A stretch of 64,000 bases of DNA from the human T2T-CHM13v2.0 reference genome, Homo sapiens. The notes under the pieces were generated by a model that worked only from the letters and a program-made list of their open reading frames with translations, was not told the DNA's origin and made no database searches. Of the stretch, positions 28,933-43,061 are shown one piece after another. Each line of letters begins with the position of its first letter. The first letter of the stretch is position 1. The position numbers and the translations under genes were made by a program. The DNA lies in NCBI RefSeq assembly GCF_009914755.1, contig NC_060929.1, one strand, 5' to 3'.

Positions 28933-29674
28933 CCATATATCTTTTGACTAGTATCTGATGATACTGAAGTACTGTGTTTTTGTCTGCATTTAATCTGTAT
29001 GTTATTTTAGTTTTATAATGAAATAGGGCAATAATCAGTCATTGAATCATATATATTATGCCAGTTATTTCTCAAATTTCCCCCTCTTTAATTGCCATTA
29101 AAAATCTCTTCTAGAATTATTCTTGTTTTATCATTTGATGCCCCATATTATGTGGACTATATTTAAATCATCACCTATTCTCAAGAATGGATAATAATAT
29201 AGTCTCTTTGAGGTTGGATACATATATTTGCCTCTGAGTATGTAGATGCTTGGATAAGTATTCTAGTTACCTCTAAATGACTTGAAATATACCAAAAATA
29301 CATTTTTAATTACAATAAAATTCTTAAAAAGCATCCTCAAAAGTATTTATTATAAACCAAAGAAAAAAATAACGAGGCAAAAGTCTAGGTTTTCACCATG
29401 CATTTTGACTATGAGTATATATATTTTGGCTGCTTTTGACTTACTTAGAATCTAAAAATTTTACAGTTTGAGAATCTATGAGGAGATCTGCAAGAATGCC
29501 CTTAACCTAAATAAATGAGTAGATAACAGAGATCCTAAACTTTGAAATACTCTACATAATTTTGTGCATATTTGGAGGGGAACATCTGTTGCCCTTTTTC
29601 AGATTCTCTAGTGATCTACGCTCCCTCCCAACCTTCTGAAAAAGAAGGTAAGAGACCACTGATCTAGTCCTTCA

Positions 29675-30067
<393 letters not shown>

Positions 30068-33000
30068 TCAAGTCTCTTTCCCAGGTCAGTTCTAATTCCA
30101 TTTATACTACCATTCCTCAGACACATATTTGATTCTGAAGCCTAAGCCACTATGTACATAATTGCTACTTAATTAGCACTCTTTCACATTTGAAACCATT
30201 TGGGTTTACATTTCTTGTTAAAAAAGAACAGAAGTCAAAAATTTGGCAGTGATTCATAGTTATCTGTTGTAAAATTTATTTTAAATCCTAAAGTTTAGCA
30301 ACATAAGATAATCATTTTTCATAAATAGCTTTATTTAACAGTTATTTGATATTGAAAGGAAAATTGTAGTTAGATCCCTGGGCCAGTAGCTGATTTTTTT
30401 TCTGACTTTTTTCTATAGTGTTGTTATCAGTATCCAACAAACATGCTCTTTTGGGCTAATAAAATGGAATATATCTGTTCCTTTATATTATAGATGCTTT
30501 GCTTTCAGAAGAAGTAAGTAAAAACACATTTCTATTTGTGTATAGTAGTATAGTGTATAGTATTAGTGGAATTTTTATGAGATTTTTGCAAAAGTCACAC
30601 TTTAATCAAGGATATTATCTACAATAAGAGTTTAGTTCTTAGTCACAACTCTTTCATATATGCATCATGGGCAAGATACATAGATCGTTTGCTTTCAGAC
30701 TTTGCTATCTTGAAGCTTCTCACAATAGAACTCTCTGGTAGAGTATTCAGATTTCATTTAACCTTGTATTAAATAAAAGCTTTACATTTTTATTTATTCA
30801 TTCACTCAATAAGTATTCATATGTCAGGCACTGTTCTAGGTACTTCTAAGTGCCACCAGATCTTAGCAGTCTTTTTTGCATATAGCCATGGATCTCTGTT
30901 GTTGTATTATAGAATAAACTCCAATGCAGTATTTTCATGTTAGACTCTTTCAGGTCCTCCCGCAAAGGGAATTTGAGCTTTGCCACTCAAATTTTAAGGA
31001 TTTGGATATAAAATATTGTAAACACTTTCTCAGCCATGTGAGTCAAGAGTGTGTGGTATTCTGTTTACTCAAATATTAATAGATATTTCTGGTTGAGAGT
31101 ATGCCAGATGAAGTTTTGACTGTGCTGCAAATAACAACAGCATTGGTGTATTTTCTTTTGTCTGGCATTATAAGAAGGTTGACTTTCAACGATGTTTACC
31201 TTTTCCATTAAATACTTGTTCTTTGGTTCTTTCATAGTGGATGAGGGATATTGATGATGTGGCATCTCCAGCCTTTCAGCCATACATGTCCAGGTAGTCT
31301 TGAACTCCTGGAGAAAAATCACAAAATCCTTTCAGTTGGCTCATGCTGATTGATGATTCTAAACTCAGTTGAGCCCATAGTTCTGTTTATCAGCTCTACT
31401 GCTTATACTGAATTATGGTTTGTTTTTTTTTAATATCTTACAGCAGTTATTGTAGACCTTTTACTAGTAAATAGAGCTCATTAGGTGTCCTGTTACTGTA
31501 TGAGTTCTTACAGCGGTTACCATTTTCATGTGCTTTTGAATCTTCAAAAGGTGGTGAAACTTAATCCAAACTTGTAAGACCTTGGGAACCCTTCCCTCTT
31601 CTGTTAACATACATAGAACATGGCTTCGGAAATGGGGTCTGTACTGTAGTTTCTCTTCTTTCTAAAATTTACATTGTATTAGATATTATCTCTTCTTATT
31701 TCCAAATCCAACTTAATCTGTCTTGTTAACTCAAATTGTCCAATAATGCAGTGACTTCTCAGAACTGGAACCCTGTGTTATTCATGGATGCCTCCCGGGA
31801 GACTTGTATATTTCCTGTTACAAAGTAGGGGATTAAGGAAGTGGTTGTTGAGTATCATAATATATAATGTTCATAATATATAATAGATAATAAGAGAAAG
31901 AATACATCCTTTTATGTAGCAGACAGACAAGATGATCCATAGGTTTCATTCCGTTTTTTAATGGGTTTTATTTTATGTTTCTATATTATTTATTCTATAT
32001 TTTTATATATTTTGCATAGATAAACCCTACCTATATTTATGTATTTTGAGATTTCTTTATACAGCTGGAAATTTTGCCAGCTGTATAGAACACAACAAAA
32101 AGATATAATGCCCTAAGAATCTCACTTTCAGGCAGATGAGTAAAAATTATGTTGGTAAAAATTAAACACTTACTTGCTTTTGTATTTAATTTTGGAGTTT
32201 TTAAAAAATTTCCCCCCAAATGCCAGTGACACAAATGTGACTGCAGCTATTGTCATATTTATCCTTTCTCTCTCCCCTTCCCTGAGCCAAAGCCACCAGG
32301 TCATTTGAGATGACCATTGATTCAACCCTGTAGTAGCCAGGCAAGGTCAAAAGTCTTATGCTATATAAGTGAGTATAGCAACTACCACCCCATATCTTGT
32401 CATGGTTGGCTCTCTATTACTGCTGCCTCCCTCCATAATTTTTTAGAAATCATTCATTATCTATTTCCCTTATTTAATAAGTGAGAGAAAAAGAGGGAAC
32501 AAGAAATAGATATTAAATAACTTGCCAGTGGGGCTAGAATTACATAATGGCTGAAATTAGAATCAAGAGTCCCAGTCTCTCTGCCTTGTCTTACTTTTGA
32601 GTTGTGTAGCCGGTCCTCTTCTGTGGACTGTGGCTAAGCCATAAGGTGGGTTCAGCATCCAGTGGAAAGCTTTGGAGTGCCCTGTTGCTATAGTAGGCTG
32701 GACCAGTCAGTAAGGCAGAGCTGTACTGATGACTGTCAGTGTTTGTACTGGGGGTGTGGTTATTACCAGGCTCTCAGAACAGGTGCTGGAAATCATTTAT
32801 TAAGTCAAATTCTTCACTCAGGAAGACTTTGAACAGTGAAAGCAGTTTTTTTTTCTTATAAGCAGTATGTGTTCATTGTAGAAATTTCAGGAAAAAACAC
32901 TCCCCCCAACCAACTAAAGCAAGGAAAATAAAATATTACCTGTAATTACAGTGCTCCAAGATATGGGTGGTAATGACTTAGCCGGTTTTATCTGCCTTTT

Positions 33001-34539
33001 GAACAGATGACCTCTTTGCTTATTTTTCATCATTATGTATTTAAGAAAAAATGTGCCATTTAGCCAAGGTAAAAATATATCTACCTCACTGTTCTTAAAG
33101 CGTACAAATTGGGCAGAGAGGATTTTCTTCCCAGCTGGCTCTCTACAGTAAGGGAAATGACAGTAACTTACAGTCCTTGCAGGAGCTAGTGTTCCTTGAG
33201 ATTCTTTGAGGAGAGCTGGAGCTCTGACTTCACTTTGCTTGTCAGGCTATAAATTAGTGAAGATGAAAAGCTGTGGTCACTTTTTCTTCCCAAAACAAGA
33301 ATTACTAGTCTCCTTACTCTTGCATCCAACTTTGAATTAGTTTTCCCCTCAGGGACAAGATAGACTTGAGCTGTAGAAAATAATTTTATATACCTCACAT
33401 GGAAGGCAAACATTAGGGATAAAAGGGATGTTTTATATTTTAGTAGAGAGAAATCTTCAAAGGGAAGAGTGAAACATTTCTTTAACTGATTAAAACTAAA
33501 AGTTATTTTGTGGAAAAATTAAGTCTTCTAAATCCTTTTCATTTTCCTTCAAATTACATTTTTAAAATGTGCTATGTAAAATTGGAACAACAGAAAAAAA
33601 TGACGGCAGTTCTATTAGTTTGGAAGTATGGATATATTAGCTATGGATTAGCACAACAACAAACCATAGTCCATTATTGTAGTAGAATGCCAGCATGCTC
33701 CTGGGAGCTTGGCATTTCCAGCAGCAAGTGCACTTACACTAACGGGCTAGGGTTTTAGTGCATGTGTTGAAAACGCCAAGCTTCCCAGAGTATGTGGCAT
33801 TTCTATTACAATAATGATGATGGCAGGCATTCCATAAAAGGAGTTGTGATGGTTTGTATGTAGTCAGTTTTTGTCCTTACAGCTGTCCTACAAAATAGGT
33901 ATTATTATCCCTTTTTATAGATGAAAACATCAAGGCTAAGTTCACCAAACTGAGATAGTGATGGAGCTCGAAGGAAGACCGATCTTGTTTTAAAAAGTGC
34001 TAATTCTCTTTCCAGTCCTACCCCACCTTGTGCCATCCTGCATTCTGTTGCCTCTGACTTTCTCATATAAGGTGTACTTTGCCTCAGGTGAAAAATGTGT
34101 TACTAAAATAGCTGCCTATATATTTTTTTCATTAATTGAATTGCTTCTAATATACAAGTAACTCCCAATTATGAGGAATCCCAGGGATGTTGTAAAACAG
34201 TCTCTTTGCAGAAGTAAATACTCTCTGATTATTTAAAACTTTTAGTATTTTAATTTAGATTTTTAATGAAGATTTTACTGAAAAGATGATCTAGCTTTAA
34301 GTATTAATAACTATGATAGTAACAGCTTTTGTTATTATGTTATTTTTACTTTTATTTTGTAATGCTCAGACCAGTTTCTGACTTAGAATGGGAACATTTA
34401 GGTTACATAAGAAGCAAGATATTGTATATATTTTTAATATCATGAGTTATACATTCTTCACTGTTCCATTTACTATGTTTGCTCAAATATATCTTGGCTA
34501 GAAAAGACTTGTTGAGGCTGTAATTCTAATCCTCTAAGT

Positions 34540-34670
34540 CAGTGGTTCTCAAACTTTGGTCCCTGGACACCAGCATTATCAGCATCACCTGGGTTAAACC
34601 AGAAACCCTGGACATATGGGGTCCAGCAATCTTTGTTATCATATGCACATTCCAGTGTGAGAACCACCGA
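34540..34670 (+). mobile_element. MER5A-like hAT MITE
   Basis: Terminal inverted repeats cagtggttctcaaa ... tgagaaccac. Confidence 0.75.
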
Positions 34671-35100
34671 TCTATATGTTCCACATGCCAAGAGTGTGTG
34701 TGTGTTCTTTCATCTTAACAAATTCTTCTGGAGTACCTCCTCCAAGATAGTCCTCTGTGATGGGGATTCCACAGACCTCTGCTATCTCTGAGCTTCCCGT
34801 TTAGCTTGAAGTATAGAGAGGAGTGGACTCTTAAAAATAGTCTTTCATGAAGTTAAAGTATCCTGGGCTTGGGGCCAGAGCATTTAGTTATTTGTGACTT
34901 TTACAGTGCAGGGTGGGCATTACTTGGAAGAACCCCATGAGTTCTTTCATTTGATGTACTTTCGAGGGCCTGGCCTATTCTAAGAACTGTGCTGGATCCT
35001 TGGGCTACAGAGATGAAAGAGCTCTGCCTCCAAGCTTCTCAACCCTAGCAGAGTTTACTCAAGTGTCTGGATCTGTTAGTTTGCCTCTCCTTCATCTATC

Positions 35101-35266
35101 TTTTCTTTTCTTTTCTTTTTAGATGGGGTTTCGCTCTTGTTGCCCAGGCTGGGGTGCAGTGGTGCAATCTAGCTCACTGCAGCCTCTGCCTCCTGGGTTC
35201 AAGCGATTCTCCTGCCTCAGCCTCCCAAGTAGCTGGGATTACAGGTGCATGCCAACACACCCGGCT

Positions 35267-35303
<37 letters not shown>

Positions 35304-35430
35304 ATTTTTAGTAGAGATGAGGTATCTCCATGTTGGCCAGGCTAGTCTCAAAACTCCTGACCTCAAGTGATCCACCTGTCTCGGCCTCCCAAAGTGTTGG
35401 GATTACAGGCGTGAGCCACCATGCCTTGCC
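35101..35430 (-). mobile_element. Alu (AluS) with expanded central T33
   Basis: Full dimer; TSD tcc(t/c)tcatct; T run 35269-35301. Confidence 0.95.
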
Positions 35431-38234
35431 TCCCTCATCTTTTAAAATCATTTATGTGTTGGAGTAGAAAGGTTTTATTTGTGTAAGTTTATTATTCGAA
35501 TTGTAGAAACCTTATGTTCCCTTCAGTTCTACTTAATCCAGAGTGTGTTCTACCACGGCCTCTCCTAGAGAACATCAGTTTCTTCACCTGTAGAAAGGGG
35601 AATATGATGCCTGCTTTGCAGGATGGTTGTGAGAATTAAGTGGGTTAGAGCCTGGGCATAGGGCAAGGCATTAGGAATGGTTAGCGCCAAAATGTGAGGA
35701 CTCATGTTGGGGTGAGGGATCAGGTGAGAGCTCCAGAGTGTGGGTGGAAGAATTTGGCTGCCAAAGGCCTACATTTCTCCCCTCCCAGGTCTGAGCATAC
35801 TTTCCCCTTCCTCTTGGCCCTGGTAAACAGAATTAGTCTCCTGTTTCCTCTTCACCACCACTCCTAAAGCAAACAGCCAAGCATTTCCAAAGGTTGTTTT
35901 GCTGTGAGCAGCAATGGGAAATAAATAGGTAAAAGGATCTTCTGCTTCCTCCTCGTTTACACCCGGTCCTTGGGAGGCAAGATAAAGTACGCAGAGATGC
36001 CAAGAGTTGCCACTTGGGCACCAAAGGGCTCTAATAAACTTCATCTGCACTTCAGAATTTTGGGACCCAGGTGAGAGGCCAAAGTGAGCAGTGAGAGGAA
36101 GCAGCAGTGAACTGAGGTGGGGGCAATGTGGGGTGTGCAGGTGACAAGGGATCCTAGAGAGGAAGGGCTGCAGGGCTGTCCCCACCTTTAAGAAGGGTGG
36201 AAGGCCAGAGCTGCTTTCTTTGTATTAGAAAAGGTTGGCATCAGAGAAAGCAGCTTATGTTTAAAAGATTGGGGCAAATAATTTACATTCCTAAGCATTT
36301 TGCAGAGTTACAGTTGTGAAAATAATTCAAATTCCACCAATTTTTCTTTTAATCACAACCCCCTCCCCAACTGCCCACCCAGAATTTGAGGCTAGACAAT
36401 GATTGTTTCCCTTAAGTATGCAAGTTAAAATACAGAAATACATCTTGAAAAATTAGTTGATAGTAATTTGTTGTTGGTGGTAGGGAACCCTTATGTGCTT
36501 CAGGATTTGGTATGACGGAGTGATATGACTTTTTTTTTTTTTTTTCTAGTTCAACACTTCCCCTTAAACTAGTGGTACTTCTAGGTGCCCACTGCAGATA
36601 TCCAAATTAGTGGATGAGAGTCTTATTTTCAAAAATAATTTTAAATAATTATCTAATGCCACTCATATCTAACACAGGTATTCTGATCACTTGGATTCTT
36701 GTAAGAAAATGGTGTAAGAATCTACATTAATGAGAAAACAACCAATACTGAGCAGAATGCTGCTGGGAACTCTTAGTTGGGCCCATCCAATGCATGCTCC
36801 GTAAATTTTTATGTTGTTTGTATGGTATGCTGTGGTTTACAGTCTGGCCTTTGCATTAATTTGCCATTGTTTTTCTCTCAAATATTAATGAAGTGTAGGA
36901 GTGATTGAGTTCTAAATAGGCATTTTTAAGGTAGTCTTAAAATAAAGCTTTTCCTTTAAAAAATATTTTTTTCAGAAAGATGAAAACCACTTCATTAGTG
37001 ATTGCCGGCAAAATCTCCTAATGTCTTTCTATAAGCTGTTTAAGCTTAGCATTAGAAATTAGTGCTAGAGGATTTAATTAGCCAGCTCACAGGATGCAGT
37101 CCCTTTAATTTAGGATTTCCCTTTGAGAAAATTATGGAGTTGAAAAGGAATATGATATTTCATACAAGTTTCCATCTTGGGCCCTTATGTTGTTTGTTCT
37201 GCTGATCTGGAAATTGTACATGATTTACATTAAAACTTTTTGTTTTTAATATCGATTATTGTAGTGTGGGGTGTTAGATTATGTGCAATAGTTCTCAGAG
37301 TTGGGAAAGGTAAAAGGGTTTTTTTGGGCAATGATTAACTCATCTACTTTACCAGGGTTACATAATCAAGTATTAGTTACTATACATTTAGCTAATGCAG
37401 TGGGTTTAGTTAAGCAATGAATACATTATCATGGGAGCATTAACACTTTTGCATTTTTAGACTTGCCTTTAAAAAAATTACAGAAAAACTCCTCACAACC
37501 CTTGCCACCCTTTCAGCCATAACATTACATTGCCTTGGTTTCTGCCTTTAATTTCCCTGGGGGTTCTTTTTATTTAGGAAAAGGGTGAAAGATGTATTTG
37601 TGTAAGTACTACACCAGTGCTTCTGTTAAATTCTTTTTCAACAAAGAATATGTTACTTGGGTGCCTTGTACACAGGGCGCATATTTTTTTGGAAATAATG
37701 TGCCATGAAAGCAGTAGTTTTTAGTGTGCATGTTTATTTCATGTCTGCCAGTTTATTTTAGCTTAGAAATTTCCTAATGCTTTGAGTTTATAACAGTCTT
37801 TCAGTTTATAACAGTCTTTCAGTTAACTGAGTGCATATACATAATATGCACAAAATGGCCAACTTTTAGAAATTGTGTATTTTAAAATCCCTTTTTTTTC
37901 AGTCTGATATCATGTGTCTCCTTGTTCCCTTTAATATGCAACTAAAATTTAACCTAAGATATGAAAAATATGTTAAGAAAAGCTTAATTTCTTAAGCTTA
38001 ATTTGGAACGTCAATGAAGAATTAAACATTTGCTTTCTAGAAACCTTAATCTTTGTTAATGTGAAATTAACATAGATGATTTGAATATGTGTTCATGTGT
38101 GAGGACTTTGCCCCTTCAGTGTTTCTCTACTGAGTCTTTTTGACCTACTATAAGAGCTAAGTGCAAATAATGCCACATCAATATGGCGTAGAGAAGAGTT
38201 CTTTCTTCCGCCTGTTGGCAGTGCATTATAAGAG

Positions 38235-38735
38235 CAGTTCTTCAACTTTCTGGTATCACTCTTAATAATGGAAGTGCCCATAGCGCTTTTGCTTATGAGA
38301 ATTATATCTAGTGATATTTACTATGTTTGAAATTAAAAAGAAAAAAATATCTATATCAAATAACAGTAATAAACTCACAACATAATATATCTTTATTAAA
38401 AAATCTGCAGTTCTCAAAACAAAATATTTTAGTGAACAGGGTGACATTGTTTTATATTTTTGCAAGCCTATTTAATGTCTGTATCAAAAGAGAGCTGGAC
38501 TTTGCTGTCTGTCTCTGTATTCAGTTTGTAATGATACTGGAATGTGATATCATTACATTACACATTGCGTACTAATGTGATACTGGAAAACTAAACATAC
38601 ATTAATGAAGAAGATTTTAAAGGGTTAATAATGTCTAGATGTAAGTATTTTTTAAAATATTGATCTTGTGGACCCTCTCAAAGAGACTTAGGGACCTCTT
38701 AGGGGTCCCAGGACCATACATTGAGAATCATTGCA
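38235..38735. mobile_element. hAT-Charlie-like DNA transposon remnant
   Basis: Ends cagttcttcaactt ... ggggtcccaggaccatacattgagaatcattg resemble Charlie TIRs. Confidence 0.55.
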
Positions 38736-39139
38736 TTATAACATTTTAGAATCCTATAGTTACTAGAAAAGATTCTCCCCTAATACTTTCTAGTTTCTCT
38801 CTGTATGAAAGTAACACTCTTTTACAAAATCAACTATTTGTGAGTTGACAGAACTTAATAGGAAAATGGGGAAAGAGAGCTGGGTTGAGTAAAGGTATAA
38901 GTAACTCTTTGAAATACTTTGGTTTTGCCATCAAATAGCAGTGATTCTTCTACTATTGTCTGACTCACTTAACTGAGACATTCTCAGTGATCCCTCTCAT
39001 TTTCCAAGCCACCTCCACGGGCTAGACCCCTCCTCCCCTCAAGATTCCAGTAGCTTAGAAAAAGAAAGTGTTATGGGTGAAAGGGAATGTGTCCACACCC
39101 CTCCCCTGTTTCTCCAGCTGGGAAGGGAAGGAAAGGGAA

Positions 39140-39350
39140 ATAAAATTTAATGAGCACTTTTACTATGTGCCAGGTGCTTTACATATGTTATTTCATTTTA
39201 ATTCCCCAAACAACCCTAGGAGGTATTTCTAGCCACATTTTGCACACAAATAAAGCAAGATTCAGAGAGGTTAAATATTTAATATAAGATATGTAGCATT
39301 TAAGTGGCAGAACCTGATCCAAACCAAAGTCTATTCCCAAGGACTATACA
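39140..39350 (-). mobile_element. MIR
   Basis: actatgtgccaggtgctttacatatgttatttcattt..aacaaccct..attcagagaggttaa core. Confidence 0.8.
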
Positions 39351-40818
39351 ACACCGTGCCTTGGTTTGTGGTTTGTTTTTCTTCAGTTCCTGCAGATTAA
39401 AAATGGGGATTCTAACATTTTATTGGGTTCTGTGACAGCATGATGATAAAACAGTTTGACTGCTCTGTGAAGCTCTTGTGGAATTAACTGTCTTTCACAG
39501 ATTATGTTTTATAAAGTCAAATAAATATTTTAAGAAAAGGTTTATATAATTTATGTTTTAGTTCTACAGTTAATTATCTGTGTTTTTCCACAGAGCGCAG
39601 GATTGTCCCTTTTTGTATGCTCAATTCTGTTATATAGAACAGCTAACTATCCTAGAGGAAGATTCTGCATTTGCAGCCCTAAAACAGCTGGTCATCATAG
39701 TTTGTCAAAACTCCGGAAAGGCAAAATCAATTCTCAGGAACATTATTTTGTCTTGAAACAAAACCTAAGAGGTATGACCAGCAGGGGGATGTTTTACAGC
39801 CTTCTTGGGATTATTGAGGGAGGAACAGTGTCCTTGTTTGTCCTGTGGGTTCTCAGGTATGATTTAGGATCCACAGAGAATGAGTTGGTAGAATTTCAAA
39901 GAAGATTTCTCAAATTGGAGAGGCCAAAATACACCACTATACAAGGCTGAAGTAGGCTTGGTTGAATTCCTGCATATTGACTGAGTCAATGTATTGCATA
40001 GTCTTATAAAGTAATATACCAGCTGCCCTTTATGTGTATATGTATAATTTTCTGTATTTAAGGTAAAACTTCTCTACTTTAGCATGCTCACCTAAAGGTA
40101 AGGGGAACCCCCAGCCCCCGCCCGCCAAACAAAACAAAACGAATAGGCCTCAGAGCATTAAATAGCTGCCACAAAGCTAGTCAAATTAGAGATGGCATTA
40201 ACTGAGGAAAAGAAGTTTCTATAAAGAAAGTTAGCAGTATAGGAGAGGAGTCATCCTGGTAGCTGATGGTGAAGAAAGGTAACAAAAAGAGCCAACTTTA
40301 AAAATACTGCCATCTGCAGTTATCTGTTAGAGTTCTTCCTCATTCAGTAACACCCTAAATGGTCTCCTGATTAGGCGGGCAGAGTAGAATTTGTGACATT
40401 TAGAAATATTTCTGTCAAAAATGGTTGAAATTTTTTGGGCATTTGAAAGATAATCTAGAATTACTTGGAAAATGAACATTCATAAAACACCGTAATCTTT
40501 GATGATCTCAGAATAATGAGTGTTATGCTGTAAGACATGTATATGTTTATTTGTGCCTTCACATTTCTCTTGGAATTTAAATTGTTTTGGAGGTCACAAT
40601 ATTTTATAGTTTGCTTTTTAAAAAACTTTACAAGAATAGTAAATTTTAAGTAACAAAACTGTATAATATGTGGGATCCCTTCTGCATAATTGTATAATGT
40701 CAAGATTCAATATACTTCTTTTCTGACTTGTACTGTATAACTCATGTGAATAAAGCAGGTCATTTTTGCAGAAACCATTTGAGGGCTTCACCAGTTTTTA
40801 TAAGGCCTCCCCCCAACC

Positions 40819-41116
40819 TTTTTTTTTTAGACAGAGTCTCACTCTGTCGCCCAGGCTGGAGTGCAGTGGTGCAATCTTGGCTCACTGGCTCACTGCAAGC
40901 TCCGCCTCCCGGGTTCACGCCATTCTTCTGCCTCAGCTCCCCGAGTAGCTGGGACTACAAATGCCTGCCCCCATGCCTGGCTGATTTTTTGTATTTTTAG
41001 TAGAGACGGGGTTTCAGCGTGTTAGCCAGGATGGTCTCGATCTCCTGACCTCGTGATCCGCCTGCCTCGGCCTCCCAAAGTGCTGGGATTACAGGCATGA
41101 GCCACCACTCCTGGCC
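40819..41116 (-). mobile_element. Alu (AluY-like)
   Basis: gcaagctccgcctcccgggttcacgccattc and gttagccaggatggtctcgatc; has an 8-bp internal duplication ggctcact. Confidence 0.95.
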
Positions 41117-42696
41117 AATAGTTAAATCAGTCTTTTTTGAAGCATCTGTTATCTCCTGGTAGACTCTTTAAATACTAACTGGTTTAACGCTTGGATCCTT
41201 AATTGTCTTGGCTTTGCCTGTAATTAGAATAGTTCTCCATCTTCAAGGTGTGGGGATGGGGAAAAAGTTATCTCCAATATCACTTTTGCAGAGAGACAAA
41301 GACATTGAGTTGGTTGGTGAAGAGAGATGTGATAGTGTTAAGTGGGAAGAGACTGATTTTATAAATGGTCAGTTTAGGATAACTGTTTTCCTATTAAGAT
41401 AACCGGTTTCCCCGTGCAAGTACATATATGACAGGTGGAAAACAGAGTTTGCCTTGAACTAAATGTACAGAATGTGCTTGGGAACTTTCCAGACTCTCTC
41501 TTATGCTCCCTTGGTAATTTTTTTGTCTTGATCTGTGCTGTCCCATGAGTTTTTAATTATTATAGGTTTATAGTACATCTGCATATATTACAGCAAGACT
41601 GCCCTCATTATTCTTCATTTTTGAGATTTGCTGGGGTGTTTACTTTTTCATGTGACTTTTTCTTCATCGGAACATAGATATTTAAAAATTTTAGAATATA
41701 TACTATGTACTCTTTCTTTAATTGTGGTTTTTCAGAAAAAGTTGTTGATTAAAAGAGATAAAGGAGACTGGAATATCCATTCTGAAACAGTGAGAATATT
41801 TGTGAAAAAAAAACCAAAGATTATTATATGACAGTTCTCAAAATTTCTTATCGTGAAGCAGTAATAGTGACTTGTTTTTAGGGAATGCTCTTTTTTCATT
41901 GTTTCATTGGATAAAGATTATTGCAGCACCTTTCTCCTTTTACTAAATGTTGCTGACTAAGAATGATCAAGGTGAAATTATATTACCTCTGAAAGATTTC
42001 TTAGGAGTAGCATTTCTTTCAACTGTCTGGCCTGGGTGGACTCTGCATGGGAAGACAGTAAGTGGGGTTCAGATGTCCTGTGTGTAAACTCTTACCATTG
42101 TCTGGCCATCATTCTTGAGTTTTACATCTGCAGCTCCATGTGCACCACCCGTTCCAGAGTCCCCACATGGTAGCAATCCTTTTCTTTGTGAATGAAGGGG
42201 AACTGGAAGAAACAGTGGCTAGCTAGATGAATTTTATTAAAGTAGCATCAATAGAGGAAGACTGGGAGAGAGCCCAGGGCTTCACTGTGTAGCATTCAAG
42301 TTTCTGTCAGGTACCTGAAATCCTGAGGTCAGTCTGAGTCGTGGAGGTTCCCAAAACTATATTCTTCTTACTCCCTTCAGGCTTATCCTTGGCCACTGAA
42401 TATGGCTTTGAGAGAGAGAGAGAGGGTGGAACTGAATGGATGCTCCCCCTTACCACCCACCCCAATTTAGGATAGCCTTCCTATGCAATGTAGGGAAAGA
42501 GAGCATGGAGGAGTTGTCCTCTGGCCAAGCTGGTCAGGACTACCTGGTGGGCACTGGTGGTGGAAGGCAGTTTGCAGTTGATAGTAAGCTGTAGCTAGTG
42601 CTATCCAAGGGGGATTGGCCCCCAGGGCAGGGTGAGTGCCTCATGTGTGGACCATTATAGGCAGCAAAATGGCCATTGGTCATGGAGCTCATAGAG

Positions 42697-42952
42697 CAAG
42701 GGTCCCTCAACCCTGGGCCGTGGACCAGTACCAGTGGCATTAGATTCTCATAGGAGCACAAACCCTATTTGGAATTGTGCATGTGAGGGATCTAGGTTGC
42801 ATGCTCCTTATGAGAATCTAATGCCTGATGATCTGAGGTGGAACAGTAGAACAGTTTCATCCTGAAACCATTCCCTTCCCCCATCCATGGAAAATTATCT
42901 AATTGTCTTCCACAAAACTGGTCCCTGGTGCGAAAAAGGTTGGGGACCACTG
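42697..42952 (+). mobile_element. MER1B-like hAT-Charlie MITE
   Basis: Perfect 8-bp TSD tcatagag (42689-42696, 42953-42960); TIRs caagggtccc/ggggaccactg; internal inverted repeat. Confidence 0.9.
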
Positions 42953-43037
42953 TCATAGAGGATTTCTGTGTGGGTCTAAGTTTAAGGTATAAGGCCTTTT
43001 AAGGCTTTTTCCACCTTGGTAACTTTGTACCGTGTAT

Positions 43038-43061
43038 TTGTGTGTGTGTGTGTGTGTGTGT
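43038..43061. repeat. (TG)n microsatellite
   Basis: About 11 TG units, 730 bp upstream of the SWIM exon. Confidence 0.9.

Noticed and set aside
35769-36185. 138-aa minus-strand ORF; also 39603-39950 and 55184-55537
   Set aside because: No recognisable domain or exon structure; lengths are compatible with chance.
38205-38228. CTCF-like motif (minus CCAACAGGCGGAAG)
   Set aside because: Several mismatches in the core; unsupported without ChIP data.
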